DNA of 64,000 nucleotides, taken from positions 31,744,001 to 31,808,000 of the forward strand of contig CM060733.1 of the NCBI GenBank assembly GCA_030704615.1, in the 5' to 3' direction. Each line of letters opens with the position of its first letter. Position 1 is the stretch's first letter. Position numbers and translations under genes: made by a program. Shown piece by piece: positions 38,895-51,509 of this stretch. The notes under the pieces were generated by a model that was not told where the DNA came from, made no database searches, and worked only from the letters and a program-made list of their open reading frames with translations. The DNA comes from Takakia lepidozioides. Its lineage: Eukaryota; Plantae; Bryophyta.

Positions 38895-39419
38895 GAAATT
38901 CTACTGCTTTGTTTGTCAATAAAGCCCTTACTTCTAGCAGTATCTGTTGAATCTAGTTTTTTCCAAGTAAGTGTTTAGCGACATTGTGATTGAACAATGA
39001 GCATATTTTGTGAATTTATATACAAAGACTGGTTCGAACACCACATGAATGTGTGTGTTGTGATTGTGATGTTGCTGTTTCTATGGATGGCATGTTTGAT
39101 TGTAGTTGTCTTTCAGACTGTATGATATTGGTGCTTCTGTCAGTCTATGCAACAGGGTTGGTGGTAGAATCTTTCTTTGTCACACTTTGCAACTGCTAGC
39201 AGGGTTGGGGGTCCACTCTTTGGTCATTGGAAGATTAATGCAAGCTCTCCTTCCCTGCAGAGGGGGTGTGTCTTGATATAGAGGGCCAATTGCTTTGCCA
39301 ATTGTTGTGCTTATGAGAGCTCCACATGGTTTGTTTAAATTTCATATTAATTTACTTTAATTTACTATTTAAATTAATCATTTGAAATTGAATAATATAT
39401 AACAAATTTTAAAATCTAC

Positions 39420-40091
39420 ATGACCTACACGTGTCATTCACACATAATCCAACAAGACCACGTGGCATCTGTAGTGTTGTAGTGATATAGTCACACCCAT
39501 AGTAATGTAGTCATACATGTATTCAGGAAATGTGCCACATGTCATCCTCAGCGATGTACTGAGTAGTTATGTAGTCATCAGTGTAGTCACACAATGTAGT
39601 CATGTAGTCATAAAGTTACGCCTACATCACTATACTCCATCCCACGATTTGGACACGTGTCATAGCAGAGGGATTACGTGTGTCACGCAGACAACTATCC
39701 ATGTAGGCGGACTTCTGTAGTAATGTAGTTATCATGTTAGTCATGACATGTAGTCGTGTAGTCGTGTAGTCCACTGTACCATATGGTCACACATGTCAAA
39801 TCCCAAGGATCCCACATGTCACGCACAAGCCTCTCCATGTAGGCGCAATGCTGTAGTGATGTAGTCATAACTTACAGTCGTGTAGTTATTTCTGTTATGA
39901 CTACATCACCAAACCCTGCATCACTATCCCATGCCATGTCCTCAGTGACGACCATGACTTCGCACTTATCACTCCGTAGTCATGGTAGAACTGACTTCGT
40001 GTTTGTCACTGTAGAGAGGTAGTCGTTAAAGCGCTTATCACTGCAAATGCAGTGATATCCGTAGTCATAAAAACGTTAATCTGTACTAGTA
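39420..40091. mobile_element. Probable CACTA 3' terminus with GTAGTCAT subterminal repeats
   Basis: Many GTAGTCAT/ATGACTAC motifs. Ends TCTGTACTAGTA, one mismatch from the reverse complement of CACTAGTACAGA. Confidence 0.55.
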
Positions 40092-41224
40092 GGAGTTGGG
40101 ACGCAAGAGGTCTCGAAAGAAGTCTCGGAGGGGGGTGTGCCTGAGATGGACCGGCATTAGATGGTCCGGCAAATGAGGGACCACGGGTCTGCTGCGCAAC
40201 ATGTCGGTTAAGGTGGAATTGTAGTGGCAGGTTGTCAACATCTAAGGCTTTAATTTCCGTCCGGTCCAATGCAGCAGAATGATGCGTGCGTGTGGAAAAC
40301 AGATCAACCTTGTTGCTCCTTAATGCCCGTTGGGTTGATAGGAAGCTGCATCGGTTTTCGGATGGTGGTGGAGCTGGTTGTATCGGTGAGGCATGTTCTC
40401 GTCCCATCGACTGTACAATGGGTTCCGCACCATCGTTTATATGAATAGGGTTGCGTACGTTACTCAGTCCTGGTAGTTCATCACCCCTGAGCTCCATTGG
40501 GCCACTGCCGGTGGCTTCAGCGTGTATTGGGGGATGAAAGTCGACCCCAACTTCATTCTGAAGACCATGTTTTGGGGAGGACACAATTGTAACATGACCC
40601 TCATCTATGATACGTACTTCATCCTCGTGGAAGTCACTACCTTTATAGTTTAGGGAATCACGTGCGATAAGAAGGTATTTCTATAGGGGTTTTTTTTTTT
40701 GTTTTTTTGTTTTTTTTTCATCCACCCTATAATTATTTAATTTTATAATATGCACAATTATGTGGTAGGCTAATTTTTTTCATATTTGACTGTAATCATA
40801 AATTTTTGACACCCTATAGTAACATAAAGATAAAACAAATTTTTCTTAGAGTGCAAAATATTTTATTGCTCAATGCTCTAATGCATCTATTAGGCATCTA
40901 TCAAACGAACGAGAAAACATGTTGTATATTCGAGTGTATTGAAAAAAATATTCCTCGGGTGAGAGAGTAATGTACCTTACAGCAAGTGAATAAACCGGAG
41001 CTTCCAACAACACAATGACGTCAGTAACTAGTGAAGCAAAACTTTTGCGTCGGAGAAGAAAACAAAGTGAGAAGATAATAAAGCAACCCTAAACCAAAAC
41101 GTATCCTCCCTAAAGCAAGTCCTCTTATCTAAGCCGAGTCCAAGTCTCGTCATTCAAGTCCAACTAGTCATTTATAAAGTGTAGAGAGAGAGAAAGAGAG
41201 AAAGAGAGAAAGAGAAGACTCCCG

Positions 41225-41838
41225 GTAATCCCGAACACTGTCAGTGCCACTGGAAGTGTTGAGTGCGACCTATGTGGACTGAAGCTTTCTTATCGTAAGG
41301 ATCGGCTGCTCGCTCACCTCGGCTATAGAGGTGTGAAGAACGTTCGGGTGGGTTTATGCCCTAAAGCATCTATGACTCTTGCGAGGCTTCAGGTGTCCTT
41401 GGACAAATGGGTTGTGTCGGAGCAACACCTGCTCCAATACCTCTTTGTACCCCTATACTTCAACGGAGTAGATGATTATGGCAGCAATCCATACATGAAT
41501 GCCTTAACTTGTCTGCAAAAAGGCAATTGGATAAAAAATTGGCGCAATTTTTATTTGAAGCCAACATATCATTTAATGTTACAAGACTTTCGGCATTTGT
41601 TTCTGCCATTAGAACAACCTCAGATTCCAAATCCACATATCTGCCTCCTTCTTATCACAATCTCCGCACATGATTGCTAGAAGACGCCATGACAGAGCTT
41701 ACCCAAAAAGTGAACGATAGGACGGACGAGTCTCTCAGAAAATATGGAAGCACTATATGTGCCGATTGTTGGAGTTCTGTTACAAACAGACCATTGTTCA
41801 ATGTCATGCTCGTATGTCCAGCTGGGGAACAGTTCTTG
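41225..41838 (+). pseudogene. hAT transposase fragment (BED finger and DUF659-like region)
   Basis: CDLC..RLLAHL..GLCP; ANISFNV..PPSYHNLR..GSTICADCWS..RPLFNV. Stops and frameshifts. Confidence 0.8.
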
Positions 41839-44367
41839 TGTCAAGTTAAATAAACACAGTGTGAAACTAACTAGAATAAATCTAGTTATTTGTATTTAAC
41901 ACTTGGATTTAGTTCAAGTGTTAAGTTAGGTGTCAAGTTTAGCTTGACACCTGAACCATCTTATCTTCACGAGAGCGTCAGTCGTGCGGCTCATCTCTCT
42001 CGAGTTAAGCCTGCACGACCGAGCTCCTTCACTGCTTAGAATCTAAGTGTGCTTATGAAGGGAGAATATGATGTTGTGGGGTGGAGTCCCCATAGCTTGG
42101 GGTGCCCCTGGCTTGACTCGTAGTTTTAATGAGTGATTGTGTTGTATTGAGTGTTTATGTGTCAATAGTGTGAATCTAGTTTCCAATCACTCGAGAGAGA
42201 TGCGCTATCTAGTTTTCTAGAGCTAAGCTAGATAAGATGTTGTTTTAGCACTATTATAATATATCTTGGGGCAGGGTGGAGGCCCGGCCTTGTTGGGTGG
42301 CAACTCGCTGCGGCATGGAGCCTGTATCGGTGGTGTGGGGGTGGCCTTTACTGCGTTGCCAGCATGGGCATTCCAGTGGTTTATATTGGGATGGCAACCA
42401 CTTGTGAATATCGCATTGATAAGAGTGGGAGTACAAGAAGGCCGTAGCCAACATGAAGAAGAGAGATCCCCAAGAGGATAGTCATGAGAATGATTTAGAG
42501 ACTGCGTTGGAGGTGCGCAGGAGTCCATCTGGCCCTGCTGTTGCCATGGGTATGCGCTTGTTGTTTTCACATTGGCGTTTGTGGTGATCACGGTGTTATT
42601 ATCCCTGTTTGTGGTGGCGGGTGCGCGCTGGGGCAAACTGAGCACCCAGTAGGCCAGCCGTGCCCAACTTGTGTGGTCCGTCGTGTTGCAGCTCAAGAAG
42701 GGCCATTGGCTTGTAGCCCCGTTCTGGCTTGCAGGCATATTGCTGGATTCACCGTGACCTGTAGAGCTGGTGATTTTACTTGGCGGGAGCGGTAGCTTGT
42801 CAAGAACCATGTTGGCATGAGTGTAGAAATTGGCCAGGTTGGCCTCAAGATTCTTGGTAATCGACTCTTGCAGCGAGACCGAGTATGCATGGTACTTTGC
42901 CTGTTGGGTGGCTATGGTGGATGCAACCCGCGTTTCCATTGTTGCTAGATCCCCCCCCCCCCCCCCCTTATATCCGTATTGATGGAGATGGCATGTTGTG
43001 CCAGCTTCCTGTCAATTTTGCTCATCATAGAGCTTGGGAATGGAGCTGATTAAGGCCCTTGGCCACTAACGTGAGCACGTTGCGTTCCGCTACGACTTCC
43101 TGGGGCGTGGCGGCGAGGCCAGTTACACTGGCACGACGTGAGCGGAGCTGCGGTTTTATGAGGGCAGTAATTGGTGGGTATAGGACGTTGCCTAAAGGGA
43201 TGTTCATGTCAGCAAACCATTTTTTTTGCACGGTACAGAGCCTGCTCCTTGGGCATATTTATGTCACTATCAAATCGGATCATGATGTGATGGGGTGTGG
43301 CGGATAGGCCTGATGCTGGATCAACTAGGGTACCCTTTGGGAGTTGAGTAAGTGGTAGAGCTGTCCTTCCTTCCCGTCAATTCCAGCGGCAAGTTTATTG
43401 CCAGGTGAGGTGGCGAATCCTGCAAGTCGTGGCCTCTTGTCTTTTGGAATCAGAATGCGAGCTCCCTGCCGTACTGTTAAGAGCACTGGAGGAGCATTTG
43501 AGGCCTGGGCTAGCAACAGCCAAGGGCATTGCTGGTGAGGTGCTCTGTACGGGCATGAAAGACCGTTGATGCATGAGGGACCTTGTTGGTACGGGGTTGC
43601 TTCGAGCCTTGGAGAGTTGTAGCGTGTCTGCCGGGAGTGACATCTGTGTGCTGCGTAGAACGGGTCTGGTATACTTCGTCATTCGCAAAGAACTGCTCGT
43701 CAGATAAATGCATGTCACTAACGTCGGCGTCTTTCTCCAGTTGAATTAGCATCGACCTGGTGGTGATTCATTTTGGCAGAAAGTTTTTGAACTAAGAGGG
43801 AGATGGTCGAAGGGTGGGAGAGAGGCGCCGCCTGTAGTGCCTGGCAGGAGAGACGGCAGTGGTATGAGGGGGAGAATTGGGCCTATATAGGCCAATACCC
43901 TGCAGAATTTGGAGGGTAGCAATCAGTATAGACCACATGGAAGCGGGAAGAGGATGCTGCCTGCCCTGTATGCCTGTTTGGTGAGGAATCGGGTTGGAGG
44001 CATAAATCAAAGTGGGCACGTGGCCAGGGAACCTAGGAAACCATTTAGAACTTAGGAAACCGGGAACCAGTTACCAGATATTTTGGGTGTAACTTTGAAT
44101 TTTTTAAATTTGAAACCCAAAAATACAAATATATATATATAAATAAAAAAAAAGCCCTTTTGATCTAATTTCAATGATTTAGAGCCTAATTGGTCATATC
44201 TTTGTCAAATGAACTCCGTTTGACTCAGTTTTTGGGGGGATAGCTGCAAAAAGGGGAAATCTACCTATCTAGACCTAGTTTTAGTTTTTTGGACTCTGCT
44301 AAAAATCTATGGAATTTTTTTGAGTATGAGTGTGCTATGAAAGATCCACAATTTTGTTTCTAGAACC

Positions 44368-46410
44368 TGTTGTGGTCTACATGAGAGACAAATCTGGGGA
44401 TGTCCTCCTTGTATGGCTGGGGGAAAAGAGGACGTAATTGAAGGGCAGGTCTCTTCTCTTAGTCTGTGCACACAAGGGGACAAGATTTATGTTTCTCAAG
44501 GAACTCAGACTGATGTGAGTGGAGAGCAGTTGGACGAGTTGATTGCATACTGGGAGTCAGGCATTAGCAATAGACAACAAATTGTTGTAGTTGGCGTTGA
44601 GGGCCTCGATATTGCTTTGGACAGTCAGAACTCTGTTGGAGCAAGCAGTTCTGCAACTGTGGGTGAAATACCAAAGTGGGTGGAAGCTAGGCTTGGAACA
44701 CAGCCAAAGACAGCCCCGGGGACCAAGGTGTTCAGCCACAAGGCTGTGGTGTACTGGAGCAGGAGCTACACAAGTTTTTGCAATCAGACATGGTTGCAGC
44801 CGGACACGCCCTACACGAGGCAACCACGAGCGGGGGTTCATTAGCAATGAAAAGTTTGTTCTGCTTGAAGGAGATGCAGTCATTCGCAATGAGGACACCC
44901 GCAACCGTCTCAAAGCTTTGGAGTTGAGAGACTGTCAGACCCTACCTTTATTTTCTTTAGTATTCAGTGAGCGGGAGATAGGGAAGTATTGATTTGTCTC
45001 TACCTGGAAGAAAGAGGAGGAGGGTTGGTTAGAGCGAGCTACTATAGCTTGGGACAAGGTTAGTGGCAGGTGTCTGGACATAGATATACCTCCTACACCT
45101 TACCATCATGCAGAGCGAGGCACTTTGAGAAAAGTCTGACAGTTGATAGCATAGATCAGGATTAGATCTTGCTTGGTCGGGCCTCCATTCTTCCCCTCCC
45201 TCTTTTTACTATTTTCATTACTTTGTACTTGCAGTTGCCAAAGCCTCTCTTGGTGGAGGCCAGTCAGTCCGGGGTTTTGGGCTGGGATAGTCTGCAGGGT
45301 CAGCACTACAGATGGATTTTGGTGTGGGGGTGTTGATGTTTTGATTTCTTGTGTTTGGATCCCCCCCAACACCTGCTTGCTTGACTATGCGCTATGTTGG
45401 TTTTGTGTGGGCGCTTGCTTTCATAGGGATTAGGCCGGATTTGATCACCGGTCAATCCTAGAGTATGCTGTCGGTGGTGAGGCTGGAGTGATGACCAGCA
45501 AGACCACCAGTGTTTCTTCTATGGTGAGGCTGGGTTGATGACCAGCCAACCATAGGAGTTCTTGCAATGGATGCAAGTGCAGGTGCCCTTAGCCACTGGG
45601 ATATGACCCTTAATCCGCAACAGGTGCTCACCCGTGTCACTATTAGAATTAGTACTAGAGCCTTATAGTGTCACATGGGGGAGGTGCGGGTTGTGAGTGT
45701 CATCACGGAGTTACCCAAGGGTTTTGAGGGGAGTACGGCTACAGGCAGTAGCAGTGAGAGTGGGTTCACCAGACGAGGTGTTCGTTTCAGACCACCTTCA
45801 CCTCCACCCTCAACTAGTGCAGAGTCAGATACAGACTTGGAGGCTTCATCAACAGGTGTGCAATTTCATTCGCCATTGTTGTGGGACGACATGGAGGAGA
45901 TATATGGAGCTACCAAGGGGCCTCGTAGGTACTCTGGAGCTATGGGCACAATCGAGCTGGATGACTTTATCCAGGAGTTCGACAGCTGGTGTGATTTGCA
46001 GCAGATGTGCAATCCACAGCTGTTCACCCCATTCATGGCGTGGAAGGGACTGTTCCAGCATTTGGAAGGCCCACCTATGGACGATTACCATGAGTTCAGG
46101 CGATGACATGAAGCATAGATTGAGGAGTGGAGGATGTATTGGTCACCTGACTACGTCTCCATTACTCGAGGCACGACGCGACCAGTAGCTGCATCAGCAC
46201 CAATGTCTCCCACTGCCAGCACTAGTAGTGGAACAAGTAGTGCAGGTACTTCTGTAGGTGGTACCAGTTCAAAAGGTGCTACTACTCCTCCTGCCACGAC
46301 TACAACACATGTGCCTAGATTCAACCCGGTGGTGGAGTTCTTCCAGGAGTTGCGGACGAACTACCAAGGCGTACAGACAGAGAAGCTGCGAAGTTTGCAG
46401 GACTTCCAGC
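44368..46410 (+). mobile_element. 5' LTR (44368-45622) and gag start of another LTR element, truncated
   Basis: TGTTGTGG...CCGCAACA inverted ends; gag-like YSG..LDDFIQEFDSW at 45675-46410. Confidence 0.65.
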
Positions 46411-46444
46411 GCATGAAAGCACAAGCAGAAGGGAGACGACATAC

Positions 46445-49400
46445 CAGCTGACCAGGGAAACCCCCTTTCACAAGGTAGAGGCTGTTCACACAATTCCATG
46501 TGCGCAAAACTTCAAACCCTGAAGACTTCAAGTATGATGCCAATGCCCGACGACTATCTTTGTCACATGACTGAAAAAGCAGAAGTGTCCCTGCATCAGA
46601 GAGGAAATTATTACAGAACCCGAACACCCAACTCCAGTAGTTGTCCTTGAATTTGTTCCAGCCTGGCGTCTTGCCCTTTGGAAGAACTTCTGGCACAGCC
46701 TGGCCATCCGGGATGTCGAGAATGACAATGTCAGCCGCATATGTTTTCTGCACACCGCACACGAAGGTGGGACCCACCTGCAACAGACATGTTTATTTTA
46801 AGAACGATGGCAAGAATGTTTTCAAAGAACCAGACTGAAATACTGCCAATGAAACTTTCAGAGAAAAAGGAAAGAAACTGGAATTCTCACCAGATTGAGG
46901 AATGAGATTATGTTGTCTCAGGTAGGCGAAGGCACCCCAGTGTATCCTCTCTTTCGACTCTGCATCATCGCCAGCCAACCCTCATTGACAATTTTAATCT
47001 CTCCTGCCGAATCAGAACGGGAAGGGTGTGGCTTGGCATCGAACACGCACTGAACTGTGCGGGTATATCTTCCAGCAGTGAAGTCCTGCCCACTCTCCTT
47101 TTCCATCTGCTTTTCTTTCTCATTCCCCTTGTCCTTTTCCTTCTCTTTGGACTTGTCTTTGTCCTTTGGCTTTGTTGGTGAGATGGCTATGACATCAAGA
47201 GCCTTGTCTTTTGGTTTGCGGCCCGCCTTCTTTCCCTTCTGCGGCGTTCCCTGAGCATCAGGCTCCTTGGCAGCCAATGTTGCTATGTTTCCTTGGTACT
47301 GCTCGTTAGTCAGAGGCGCCAGCATCTCAGCATTATTGTTCAAATATTTCATGTGTTGTTCTTGAAAGGTCGTGTGCTCCGGTGGGCAGTCAAGGTACCA
47401 GCCACAGTCTCTGAAGTGAGAAGGACTCCAGTCCTTCAATATCCCTGCAGTATACATGGTTGGATCGTTTGCAGGGTCCGACCACATGTCAAGATAGTCT
47501 GGAATACCGCTCAGGTGATTTCCTTCCATAAGCACATATTTCGTGTACCTGTTAAACAGGAGATAAATCCCAACCAACCAAAGCGCGAAGTGAGTAAGAT
47601 ACAAGTAGCACATAATGAAAAAAACATGGAATGAAATGGCTCTGAGAACTGCTCCAATGAGCTCTCAGGACCACGCGACAGCCCTGGATGTGAATGTCGT
47701 CAACGCCATTCAAAAAATTCCATTCAATGATACTACAAATACACCCTAATACACGTGAATGCAAACTCTCGTTTTGGAATGACACAGACATAGAAGTGAA
47801 TGTCGTCAACGTCATTCACTTTGGATTTGTGAATACACTGCTAATCAAGCCTAATGATTTCTCAAAAGAGGCAAAATCATTGGATGGAAACTGAATGTCG
47901 GCAACGACATTTAGAAACTCGAGTAAGGAACCCTCCCTAAAAACTCAATGGACATTTAAAACGTACATAACACTGAGGACCTCATAATTACACTGGATGT
48001 GAATGGCGTCAACGCCATTCACAAAATTCCGAACAAGGAACCAATAAATACACCCTAAGCTCCTAATCCATGTAAATTCAAATTGTCGCTGGTGAATGAC
48101 ACAGACATAGAAGTGAATGTCGTCAACGACATTCACTTTGGATCTATGATAACACAGCTAATCAAGCCTCAAGATTTCTCGCAAGAGGCAAAAGCATTGC
48201 AGAACAACTGAATGTCTGCATTGACATTCAGCAAACTGGAGTGAGGAACCCTCACTGTAAACTCTATGGACATTACAAAAACTTACATAACTCTGAGGAC
48301 CTCTTAACAACTCTGGATGTGAATGTCGTCAACGCCATTCAATGACATTATCATTTCTAATCAGGGACACTATAAATACACCCTAAGCTCCTAATCCAGG
48401 TGAATTCAAATTTTCGCTTAAAAATGACTCAGACAAAGAAGTGAATGTCGTCAACGACATTCAATTTGGATCTATGATTACAATCCTTATGAAGCCAAAT
48501 TATTTCCCAAAAATTGCAGTAGAGTTTCCAGTATAATATTGCACCTGTACACAACTCGCATCATGGCCCACTCTCCTCCAACTTGACTGTCAAAGTCGTT
48601 GGACCGTAAAATGTTACCATCTTTGGAGAACTCCCGGAAAAAATAGTATCTCCAGGTGAGACCTCTCCACTTCCTTATGTATGCCTCCAATGACATTTGG
48701 GGAGGGGAAACAATCGAAATGTTCAAGTCCTTCAAAGTCTGATCCAGCACAATGACGGCGCGCTTTTCGAGTTGCAAATTGTATATTTGTCAGTATTGCA
48801 AATAAGATACTCATCACATAATTGAATAAAAGAAAACGGCTTATTTGAATACACACCTGACTCCAAAATGTAGCCTTGTGGAGCCAGTTATCAAACACCA
48901 AATCACTGATTCCTTCCAGTTTTGTGCCAGGCTGTATGGTGCTCTTTGGGAACTGATTCAAGTCCTTTACTGTCTGATCTGAGTTCCATATCTCCAGCCA
49001 CCTTATTTTTGTTTGTGGGTCGACCATGGATATGGCCAGCCGGTGCAATTTCTCCTGCTACATCTCCGGATGCACATGCTTGTCATAGTGAGATTTGATC
49101 TGCTGAAGGAACTCAGAACCAAGTCCATGATCTACTATTCTAAGCTGATTTCCGAAGACGGACATCAATTTGGTTCTTCGCATTTCAAACTCTTTTTTTA
49201 CTGCTGCTTCCACACCCTTTGATGTCCTTAGTTCCTCTGGTGTAGTGCGGTAATATTCGGATTTTCCCTTCTCAGCTGCCTCTGCCAGTTCTTGCTGCAT
49301 TGATTCAAATAGTGATTAGCACCGAAGGAACTACAAACATGTATTTGAAAAGTAAACTGAGTACAGACTCGGGCTTACCGCATACATGTACTCCAGAAAC

Positions 49401-51500
49401 ACCTCTCGAGTCAAAGAATACCAAGTGCCTGCAGCTCTTCCTGTTTCGCACTTCTTGATTATATTGGGGAGGAGTACTGTCTGAAAATCATCCAGCTTCA
49501 TCAAACCAATCCTCTGAATTCGGAATAGTGTGTAGACCAAGCTTGTTGTCACATGCGATTTCTCTGTCGATCTGCAAAAAACATTGGAAACATTGCATTC
49601 CTTAACACTGTTTTTTTGGGATTAACAAGACACTGCAGAGGGAATGAAGTCTCTAGTATGACTTACTTGTTCACGTCATGCATAGCTGTAAGAAGCCTAG
49701 CGATGTCGTTTTCAGGATCCAAAACCATTGCCTCCACAGCAACATGCTTGTCTTTGTCTTTCGCATGATGTTTCTGAATGTATCCCATCTATGCCAGCAA
49801 TCGGTGGTTGCCGTCCCAGACGTAGAACATGTGGTTGCAGAATTGTTGGGTGTTCTTTCCCATCATGAGGCCCAGCTCGAACTCCTCATTAGCATCTTTC
49901 CAGCACTTATCCCAGGTATCACTGATCTCTGGAGACACTAATGTGCTTTTCCCATTTATATCCGTCAGTGACACATAAAAAACTTGTGCACCAAGTCTAT
50001 ATCCATACACGAAATCACTCTCCAATTTTGTTATGTCATGGGAAAGAGGTGGCACAACAGACATAGATATCATCCGACATAGAGGGATGTCCAGACGCCC
50101 TCCAGATACGAGCATGTCCCTTATAACCTCCTGAGAGTTTACCTTCTGGAATGACATGAGTTCTTTCACCTTGTCAAGGTAGTGCACTTCAGATTCATCT
50201 GCTTCATCGTTATTCTCTGAGCTTTTTCCAGACTCGTCCCCATCTCCAGATCATTTCCCCTCTGATCCTGTAGGCTTGGACCTCACAGTTTTCTGCACGA
50301 TGCCATTCAAATCAGATTGAGTAATGTGCAAATAGTGAACGGCGGTAACAACCATCACTCTGTCTCGTCTCAACAATGAATGGTGTGAAACGAATTCAGA
50401 ACCATCTACACAAGCAAAGCTGATCCTACCGAATTCAAAACAAAACACTATGATTCTAGGGACACAGGAACAGAAAGGTTTTGAGCAAGAGCGAACGGCG
50501 TTAACGACAATCACAAAAGAGTGGGACCTGCCGGATCGGTGTTGTGCAATGACATGTATGTGTAAGTGATTGGCGGCAACGACGTTCAGTATAGTTTAGG
50601 GCGGACAGTAAGTGCAGATTCGTCAGATTGACTCCATTGTGATGAACGTCGCAAGCATTCACTGTTTCTTGTCTATGTCGAGAATACTTTCCAATCGATA
50701 CTCTACCTGAATCTACAGTATGGTCTTCAAATCTTTGATTGGCAGTACCGCCTTTCCACTTCTCTATCTGTTCAACCTCAAACAAAGAAAATGCATTGCA
50801 AAACAATATGACTGAATATGCCGACCCTCACTCTCTCTTGAAACACATAGGTACATAAATCTCATGAGGAGAATCGAATGGCGTTAACGACGCTCGCAAT
50901 TCAGTAGACTTCAATCACATGTTCCTGCTAAAGAAGGGAAGAGGAAGGACTGCTTGAAAGGCTATCAGACAGACTGTATGATCTAAACAATAGTGAATGA
51001 CGGTACCGTCAGTCACCCACTCATTGTGTGGTAAACCCTTAACAGAGGAGTAGAAAGCAAATCACCGTTGTTTCATGGTGATGGTCGGTAGCGACAATCC
51101 CTTTCTGGGACATTCCACTCAATCTCTACGCAGAACTTCAACAATGAAATGTAAGTTAGAGAAAACTTACTGGCGCCTTCTTAGGTTTTGAAATTGGATC
51201 CCCTTCTGCAGCTTTCCTCTTCCCTCTCACATCTGCTGGAATTTATGTCTGCTCTAGGGTTTCTGGACCTTCTCCCGGTTTAGCGTTCCTCGTACTTCCA
51301 CCTCCTTCAGTTTCCCTGCAAGTCATCTCTACATCCGCAGGCTGGTTTCCAACGCGCACTGTTATCGCCGACTGTGTCACAGCCGCTGCCTCAGTCTCGG
51401 TCTGCTCTTGTGAATCAGTCTCCGCGTTCACCTGCTACCTTGGCCCTGTGTTCTCCAACAAACGACGCCTCGTCATTTGCTCTCTTGCTCTGCGTCTCTC
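46445..51500 (-). pseudogene. ParB-MTase gene, copy C (both domains in one spliced gene; 3' end lost)
   Basis: ParB exon 49700-50187 (IPLCRM..FYVWDGNHRLLA). Linker exon FRDCGWYLDCPP. MTase exon 46445-46777 (ADIVILDIPDG, FLSDAGTLLL), with the splice donor at the same position as in copy A. Confidence 0.8.
47660..48480. repeat. Intronic ~315-bp tandem array with GTGAATGTCGT-CA-ACGACATTCAC palindromes
   Basis: About 2.6 units; best palindrome at 48111-48138. Confidence 0.85.
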
Positions 51501-51509
51501 TCTTGGCTT

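Noticed and set aside
40006-40660. ORF faintly resembling the transposase N-terminal region
   Set aside because: The similarity is too weak to support by eye.
41839-44367. Possible LTR start (TGTCAAG), hairpin near 41928-41952, low-complexity minus-strand ORFs and GGAAACC repeats
   Set aside because: I found no partner LTR, TSD or recognisable domain, so it is left unannotated.
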